Shown: positions 49,500 through 56,323 of the stretch, piece by piece
Position numbering within the stretch: position 1 is the first letter of the stretch
Layout of the letters: each line of letters opens with the position of its first letter
Source of the DNA: Nostoc sp. DedQUE12a
GTDB taxonomy: Bacteria > Cyanobacteriota > Cyanobacteriia > Cyanobacteriales > Nostocaceae
Assembly: GCA_034530795.1 (NCBI GenBank)
Contig: JAVRCH010000059.1
Coordinates: 847-64,846 of the forward strand
Length of the DNA stretch: 64,000 nucleotides
Reading direction: 5' to 3'
The notes under the pieces: generated by a model
Told to the model about the DNA's origin: nothing
The model's input: only the letters and a program-made list of their open reading frames with translations
The model's database searches: none
Program-made: the position numbers and the translations under genes

Positions 49500-49643
49500 A
49501 TTGGCTGGCAGAGGGGTAGAGGGGTAGGGATAAAAACTGCTACAGTTTCTCTTCTGCTCCTCTAATTTCCATCTCCGTATCTTTGCGCGTCCTCCTGTCT
49601 TTGCGTCAGTCTAAACAATAAATCTCAATCAGAGATAAAATTA

Positions 49644-51989
49644 TCAATTTTCAATTAATACCTTTGCCACTTTTTGTAGCAAAGATGATTGACTATTATC
49701 ACTTATTTTTAAAATATTTTGAGTAAGCGTACTAAAATGTAAAGCTGTGATTGGATGTTCAATAAGTTCAGATGTAGAAATTTCTGTTTGAGAATATGTC
49801 TTTCCAATCAAGTGATAAACTCTAAATCCTTTTTTTAATTTACTTTCAAGACTTTTTCCAGGCGGAACATAATACTGAATAAAGCTTTCATTTTGCAAAT
49901 CAAAACATATCATATTTTGTATTCGCTTAATGGGTTTGATTTCGCCGTTGTAATATGATACCACAGGGAATAATCTACTACTATCTTCATCTCGAATTCC
50001 TCGATTAATTTTTAAGGTTCCCTTGTTTATGTCTTCAAGGATACCATTACGTCCAATTAAAGTTGGTGTATACAAGTCATTGGTATAGCAACTAATATAT
50101 AATTTTTCCGATTCATCTACAAAATATTGTTGATCGTCAATTAATTTTTCTTTATTGTTTTTCTGCTTTCTTAAAAATGGAAATTCTTTTTCTATTTGTT
50201 TGATGTCACGCATTACATTTTTGATATATATGCAACCCTCTTTATATAAGAACTCTACTGCTACTGCTTTAGCTTTCTTGTGTCGTGGGCTACGCACATA
50301 TATAGTAAAGAATTTTTTTTCAGTAAATGATTGAGCAGTAATTGGCAAGCCAAAGTCAGAATCTACAAAACTTAACCTCATCCAGTTTTTAATTCCCAAT
50401 TCAATCAAAATCTTCTGAAATTCTGGTGAAATATTTATCTTAAATTTATCGCAAAAACTTTGCCATTGTTCGCTATCTTCTTGACCTTTTAAATAGCACA
50501 AAATCGAACTATCTATGTCCAAAAATTTACCATCTGTAAAAGCCTGTGTATCCTGACGTAGGGTATCTTCATCATTTTTTTTATAACTTGTATAATTAAA
50601 AACACAGCAATCAGGTTCTATATTCTCAACTTTCTTAGATTCTTTTAATTTAATAGGTATAAATTGTTTTAGATTTATACCCTGCAAGCTAAAAAACTCT
50701 CCTGTATCCAAATAGTTAAACTTTCTCTTTAACTGTGAATAAAAATCAACTTTCTCTTTATTATCTATTTTTGTTGATGGATACCAGAAGCCATCATTTC
50801 CCTGGTAAGCCATTGAACCCACTTCTTGCTCCAAATCTCTATTGAAAACTAAATAATTTTTTCCCTTATCAAGGTTAATATCCGACCAAGGAACAACTTC
50901 AGTAATTTTCCAACAAGGCTCGTCTTCACTCTCAACTAATTGTTCATAGGTACTAATGGTTTTTCCTATATTATAAAATGTGAGTAAAGATACCCCTTGA
51001 TGTTTCAGAAAATTCTTCATAAATTGTTTGTCAGATTCAGTCAGGTCAATTCCAATATTGTTAATAATCTCTAATGATTCTACAGATTCTATGTTGTTGA
51101 TAAAAGCATTTTCTAAATAATTGTCAGCCTGAAAATGAAGAGGTTTAAATTTAATATTACACTCACTTAAAAAGCCCTCAAGCTTTGTCATGAGATTTTG
51201 ATAATGATAAACCTGAGTTTTTCTGAACTTCTCAAAATCTTGCTGATCTTTAGGAAATTCCATAAAATAAATAGAATTTTGGCGACGAGCATCGCGCTTA
51301 CGTTCAAAGTAGTAATTTTTCTTGTTATGGACTAACCAATCCTCGTCACTATCTATGTTGGTGTACTTATCTTGTGGTAAAAATCGTCTGCTTTGTCGAG
51401 ATAAGGTTAACGTTAAGACATTATAGGGATTGTATTTGATTAATAAACTCTGTCCCCAAACTAAAAGAGCATCTTTCGATTTGGTTAAATTTTTGGCATG
51501 GACTAAGAGTAATTCTTCAAAACCATTCACTGTCTCAACAGATAAGCTTTCATAAAGAAGATAAAATTTAAAAACTAAATTGAAAATTCTTTCTTGATTA
51601 TCTTTAAATAACCGTTTCCATCCAGAATGGCTTTTATTTGGAGATAAAAAGAATACATTGATTTTACCATTAACAGAGGAAAGAAAGTAATAAACATCTG
51701 AATATTTACGTTTGTCTCCATATCCCCAAAGCCGTTCTTGGATTTGTTTTTTAATGTATTTATGCCGTTCTTTATAAAAATTGGCTTGTGAATCTTCATC
51801 TTCAGGATACTCATCTTCAGGATACTCATCTTCAGGAACCTGATAGTTAAGAGGAAAATTCTCAATTCCCATATTCTTATTAAAGAGATACTGGAAAAGA
51901 CCTTCAGCAACCTCTTCTGGTTTTAGTAATATCTGTAACTGGTTTGTTCTTGATTTATCTGATAATACTTTAGTCATTTTATCTCTCAT
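49644..51989 (-). CDS. 781-aa protein of unknown function, partner of the helicase-nuclease
   Basis: Long open frame in very AT-rich DNA. The ATG at 51989 lies one nucleotide after the upstream TAA (taaTatg) and follows aggga. No motif was confidently recognised. An acidic EDEYPEDEYPEDED repeat lies near the N-terminus. Confidence 0.8.
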   Translation of the reverse strand: MRDKMTKVLSDKSRTNQLQILLKPEEVAEGLFQYLFNKNMGIENFPLNYQVPEDEYPEDEYPEDEDSQANFYKERHKYIKKQIQERLWGYGDKRKYSDVYYFLSSVNGKINVFFLSPNKSHSGWKRLFKDNQERIFNLVFKFYLLYESLSVETVNGFEELLLVHAKNLTKSKDALLVWGQSLLIKYNPYNVLTLTLSRQSRRFLPQDKYTNIDSDEDWLVHNKKNYYFERKRDARRQNSIYFMEFPKDQQDFEKFRKTQVYHYQNLMTKLEGFLSECNIKFKPLHFQADNYLENAFINNIESVESLEIINNIGIDLTESDKQFMKNFLKHQGVSLLTFYNIGKTISTYEQLVESEDEPCWKITEVVPWSDINLDKGKNYLVFNRDLEQEVGSMAYQGNDGFWYPSTKIDNKEKVDFYSQLKRKFNYLDTGEFFSLQGINLKQFIPIKLKESKKVENIEPDCCVFNYTSYKKNDEDTLRQDTQAFTDGKFLDIDSSILCYLKGQEDSEQWQSFCDKFKINISPEFQKILIELGIKNWMRLSFVDSDFGLPITAQSFTEKKFFTIYVRSPRHKKAKAVAVEFLYKEGCIYIKNVMRDIKQIEKEFPFLRKQKNNKEKLIDDQQYFVDESEKLYISCYTNDLYTPTLIGRNGILEDINKGTLKINRGIRDEDSSRLFPVVSYYNGEIKPIKRIQNMICFDLQNESFIQYYVPPGKSLESKLKKGFRVYHLIGKTYSQTEISTSELIEHPITALHFSTLTQNILKISDNSQSSLLQKVAKVLIEN

Positions 51990-51990
51990 A

Positions 51991-54900
51991 TTATTTTTCC
52001 CTTTGAAACAAAAAGTTTTTGAGAATATCAGATTCAACCGGAATATTATGGCGGTCAAAGTAAATTAAATTTCCAGAAAATAAATTTGGTGAGTGTTGCT
52101 GATTTTTTTCTTGTTTTGCTTGCAAGTTTAGAAGTAATCCTCTCACAGCTTTAAATTCTGCATAATCTGAAACAATAGCATCTAGCTTCTTTTGTGCTTT
52201 TTCTAGTGTCTTTTGTGAAAGGCGATTTCCTGAAGCTTGACTCCATGCTTTAACATCAATACAAAATAGCGTATTGTCTTTGATATAATACAAATCAAAA
52301 CGTTCATACAATTTATGATATTTTTTGAAATCAAGCAATGGCTCAAAACCATAGTTAGATTTTATAGCTTTCCAGTCTTTACCTTTAAAAAGTACATCTT
52401 TAATCCAGCGTTCCGCAAAATTTTCAGTCAGCGATGGATACAAAACATCGTAAAAGAAATGTGGGCGTGGAATATAGGTATTAAAAATTTCCGGTTGTGG
52501 AATCAACTCGTTGTACAATTTACAAATTAAATTAGTCGAAGGATCTGTCAAAGCAATTTCGTTACCTTCCAAGTCATAGCCTTGAGCATTTGTTTTGAGA
52601 TATTCAGGATATAATCGCTGCTGGTAATGATAAATTTTTTCCCCATTAATGCTATCGCTGACGATCTGAAACTGTTTACCTTCTTCCTCCACAGAAGCTA
52701 AATATGGTGTAAATCGAGTTTGTTCTGCGTTGTGATAAAATAATGAGTCAATAAAATCATCAGAAAATAGTTCTAACTCTTGTAACTTTTTCAGATATCT
52801 GTCTGGCTCTTTAAAAACAATTGGATCGCGTAAAGCATCCCACATTTTTGTAATAGCAAATGCTTTTTTATCTTGATGAAAATTTTCAATATCATTCAAC
52901 ATTTTTTCTCTAAACATTTGAAAATTTACAGAAGCATCAGTTTCATCATAAACATGATCGTCATAATCGTTAATTGCTCGTTTTTTTTCCTCCTCTTGAA
53001 CGTTTAAATAAACTTTGTGGTTGTTAACAGAGAATTTACGAATTTCATCAGGTTCTTTCTGCTCCAGGTATCTATAAAAATTCACTAAATTTTTTCTTGT
53101 TTCTTCATTAATGAAAATCTTTCCTACTTGGTCTGGGAAATCACGCCTTTCAGATCGGCCAATGGCTTGTAAAATTCCTTTACCTAATAAAATTTGATGT
53201 TGTTGCTCTCTAAACGCTCCAGCTTCCGGTTGACTTAGATATTTGTTGAAATCTTTGATTTCTAAATTAGAATCTCCTAAATTTACAATACTTTTCATTA
53301 AACCAAAATGATAAAGTGTTGTAGATTTTTCAGGTTCTTTTGATTTTTTCAATGATGATTTCATTACTGTATAGTAACTGTCCATCAGCAAAACTAAAGA
53401 GTCAAAGTCCTTTTCTTCTCCGTTGGGATTTTTGATGATGGGGTTCAAACCTTTTGAGGCTGATTGATAAGCTGAGATAAAGAAAATTTTTTGCCCTTCT
53501 TCTTCAACAAGCTCATCCAAATATGTTTTTTGAGTTGTTTTATCCAAGTAATTTTTATTAAAGGAGGCTTCATATAAAATTATTTTAATCAGAATATTAC
53601 TTTTGTATTCTTGATGATTTAGATTGACATAGTATATGCTTGGATGCTCTGAGGATTTTTCAATCTTAAAGTTATTATGATGAAGTTTTTCCCAAAATAT
53701 CATCAATTTTTTAATCCAGCTTAACGTTTGCGTAAAAGCAATCGTTTCTTGAATTGATTCATCTTCAAAAAGGTAAAATAAGAAACGAATAAAATTTTTT
53801 ATTTCTTGAATCTTGTAAACACTGAACCAAGCTCTATCATTTTTGCAATCGTTAATAAAATGTTTTAAAGTTTTATTTTCAAATTGTTCTGCAACTTCTT
53901 GAGTCTCGTTATTTGGAAACGATGATAAATTAGCGTTGAAAAAATTCACTGTAATTTGTCGCTTGGCATTACGCTGGCTTCTAATTTCTTCACAAAGCAA
54001 TATTTCTTCTTCAATCATTGCTTTAAAAGAACTTTGACCAGATTCATTACGTAGATTATCTTCCAAATAACGCATATCATAACTGGTACTTAAATCGCCA
54101 AAAATTCCTCCTGTTGCTGAAATAAGAAAAATCACATTACTATTATTGGTTAGCATAGAATTTATCTTTAATTCAGGTGAAGTCAATATAGCAGTACTCC
54201 CAATAGAGACTTCTCTCAGATCTTGAGCTATTAAGTTATTCTTGGGATTTTGATATCGAGAAATTTCTTTGATATTTATGATAGACTTATAGCTTTCATA
54301 GACATAGGTACGGTTTAAGTATTTGAGTAGTTGATTTGTTGATGAGCTTTCTTCACTTGCGTTTTGGACTCTAGTTATCTGTTTTGACCAAATATCTAAA
54401 GAACGAGATTGAGAATCCTCAGCATCCAAAACATTAGCCAGAAAATTTTTGATAGATTTAATTTCTCGTCGAACAGCCAAAATAGCATAAATTAATTCTG
54501 CTACAGACGTATTATCTGCAATTATTTCCTCAGTGATGTGAACATGACCACCAGAAGGTCTAGTTAAAAATAATCTTTTTAGAAGCTCGATGTTGTAGAT
54601 ATATAGGTTATTATATGAAAAAATGTTCATCAATTCATCACTGATTTTGTTGTAAAGCTGCTGAGGAATCAACAAACTTCTATTATTCTCAAATTTTGAA
54701 AAAACCCTAGCCAACATTTCAAAATTTAATACAATGGTACTTTCTTGATCATAATCATCGAGAATCCCAACAATTTCGTCCATTGATTTATCAAGACATT
54801 TTTTTATTGTTACTACCTGTTCTAAAAAATTGATAGAATTTCCTTCCTCAAATACTAGTCGTTGATATGTTGGGGCAAACTTTTGCAATTTTGGATCAAT

Positions 54901-55938
54901 ATCTTTGTTTTTATCAAAATATTCTTGAAACTCGGACAAAGCACCCCTATTTTTCTCAATAAAATTTAAAAATTCTCTGTTTTCATTATTTTGTGTAGAA
55001 AAAAGGATGGACAATTCCCTATTGATAGATGAAAGTGCATTATTGATTGCCAATTGTTCAGGTGAGATGATATCAATTTTTTTATCTAGCATAATTTGAT
55101 AGCCATCTTCCTGCTCATCCAATGCAAGGATAAATTTTGTAGAGGTATTTGTGTATTCAATAACGTATTTATCAAGCTTGTCTTCTTTCTTTCTCCATTT
55201 TTCGCCAATATGGATAAAGTATGGAATAGAAGTTTCAAACTTATCATAAGTAAGCATCAAAATTCCCGATTTTTCTTGCAAAAGATGAAGAGGGAAAAAT
55301 ATCTCCATCAACCTCAAACATTCAATTGGCCAAGTTTCTTGAGCCAACTGAGATTTAATGATAAATTCTAAAAAACTTTCAAATAACTTGTTGAGTTCTC
55401 TTCTTGCTTTTGTAATTTCAGAACTATTCAATTCTTCATCGCCAAAATCTACTATTGTAAAATATTCAAGACGATTAATAACATTTTTTATTTTGCTCAG
55501 ATTTTGTTTATTTTCTTGAACTTTTTCATGAGAATTGTATTTTGATATCAACTGCCAAAATTTTTGATTACTAATGATTGCAGATATCCATTTTGGGTAT
55601 ATTTTAATATATTCTTCAGTCGTCTTCATCTCTAATGAATTTAGTTTATAGACGGGAATATCAGGATATTGCCTAACAATTGAATTTGGAACACATAAAT
55701 GTTCTCTTAATGGAGCAACATATATACCGATGATTTTAGTATTGGGATGTTCTTTAATAGTTTTGCAAATTGCATGGAACAATTGGTGAGTCTTTCCTGA
55801 ACCTGTACCATAATTTATGAGTTTTAGTTGGGAACGGTTTTCTCGAAAGCTATCTTCAATTGTTGTAAGGTAGGAATTAAGGATTTCTGAACGAGCCGAT
55901 TCTAGCTGCCGACCAAGGGAATCTTTTCGCTTTTGCAT
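51991..55938 (-). CDS. 1315-aa SF2 helicase (DinG/XPD-like motif pattern) with a C-terminal PD-(D/E)xK-like nuclease motif
   Basis: Motif I GTGSGKT (aa 44-50; nt 55789-55809), motif II DEQED (aa 274-278), motif III SAT (aa 607-609), an SASKGLN motif V-like segment (aa 826-832) and motif VI QAIGRSERRDFPDQVGKIF (aa 924-942). The C-terminus reads FDLYYIKDNTLFCIDVKAW (D1215...D1228-x-K1230; nt 52249-52296). Confidence 0.85.
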   Translation of the reverse strand: MQKRKDSLGRQLESARSEILNSYLTTIEDSFRENRSQLKLINYGTGSGKTHQLFHAICKTIKEHPNTKIIGIYVAPLREHLCVPNSIVRQYPDIPVYKLNSLEMKTTEEYIKIYPKWISAIISNQKFWQLISKYNSHEKVQENKQNLSKIKNVINRLEYFTIVDFGDEELNSSEITKARRELNKLFESFLEFIIKSQLAQETWPIECLRLMEIFFPLHLLQEKSGILMLTYDKFETSIPYFIHIGEKWRKKEDKLDKYVIEYTNTSTKFILALDEQEDGYQIMLDKKIDIISPEQLAINNALSSINRELSILFSTQNNENREFLNFIEKNRGALSEFQEYFDKNKDIDPKLQKFAPTYQRLVFEEGNSINFLEQVVTIKKCLDKSMDEIVGILDDYDQESTIVLNFEMLARVFSKFENNRSLLIPQQLYNKISDELMNIFSYNNLYIYNIELLKRLFLTRPSGGHVHITEEIIADNTSVAELIYAILAVRREIKSIKNFLANVLDAEDSQSRSLDIWSKQITRVQNASEESSSTNQLLKYLNRTYVYESYKSIINIKEISRYQNPKNNLIAQDLREVSIGSTAILTSPELKINSMLTNNSNVIFLISATGGIFGDLSTSYDMRYLEDNLRNESGQSSFKAMIEEEILLCEEIRSQRNAKRQITVNFFNANLSSFPNNETQEVAEQFENKTLKHFINDCKNDRAWFSVYKIQEIKNFIRFLFYLFEDESIQETIAFTQTLSWIKKLMIFWEKLHHNNFKIEKSSEHPSIYYVNLNHQEYKSNILIKIILYEASFNKNYLDKTTQKTYLDELVEEEGQKIFFISAYQSASKGLNPIIKNPNGEEKDFDSLVLLMDSYYTVMKSSLKKSKEPEKSTTLYHFGLMKSIVNLGDSNLEIKDFNKYLSQPEAGAFREQQHQILLGKGILQAIGRSERRDFPDQVGKIFINEETRKNLVNFYRYLEQKEPDEIRKFSVNNHKVYLNVQEEEKKRAINDYDDHVYDETDASVNFQMFREKMLNDIENFHQDKKAFAITKMWDALRDPIVFKEPDRYLKKLQELELFSDDFIDSLFYHNAEQTRFTPYLASVEEEGKQFQIVSDSINGEKIYHYQQRLYPEYLKTNAQGYDLEGNEIALTDPSTNLICKLYNELIPQPEIFNTYIPRPHFFYDVLYPSLTENFAERWIKDVLFKGKDWKAIKSNYGFEPLLDFKKYHKLYERFDLYYIKDNTLFCIDVKAWSQASGNRLSQKTLEKAQKKLDAIVSDYAEFKAVRGLLLNLQAKQEKNQQHSPNLFSGNLIYFDRHNIPVESDILKNFLFQREK

Positions 55939-56130
55939 TACTTTTCATTACCTTATGTAGGGTAAACACATAAAACCTGAGCATAGGTAACTGACGAATC
56001 TCTAGCCCAGGGCGCTTGAAATCGCTGTTATCAAGGCAAAGTCTGTTCGCGCCGACTTTATATTGAACTATCTTAGATCTGGAAAATATACCAAAAATTC
56101 TCCGTTTATTTATCGAATTCTTCATAAATA

Positions 56131-56149
56131 TATAGAAAAATTTTCTATA
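56131..56149. promoter_or_regulatory. 19-bp palindrome in the AT-rich divergent region upstream of the helicase gene
   Basis: tatagaaaa a ttttctata, about 190 nt upstream of the 55938 start. Its function is unknown. Confidence 0.2.
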
Positions 56150-56323
56150 AAATTTCTTTTTGCCAAAATATAAACTTTTTCTGTATATAGAGCCTGTTTA
56201 AGGAAACAATATAAAAAATTTCCGTGTAATTCACCGTGATATTTAGAACTTTTCCGAATATCATTCACTAGCGCGACTCGACTCTATCGATAGCTGTACG
56301 CACTCTTAACTCATTCTTTGCTT

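Noticed and set aside
51575-51910. 111-aa ORF in another frame inside the partner gene
   Set aside because: It lies within a much longer ORF in AT-rich DNA, and its repetitive MSILKMSILKM comes from the 15-bp repeat.
49644-52058. Longer 804-aa version of the partner gene starting at 52058
   Set aside because: It would overlap the helicase gene by 68 nt and add a hydrophobic, low-complexity leader. The ATG at 51989, one nucleotide after the upstream stop and preceded by aggga, is more plausible. The longer form cannot be excluded.
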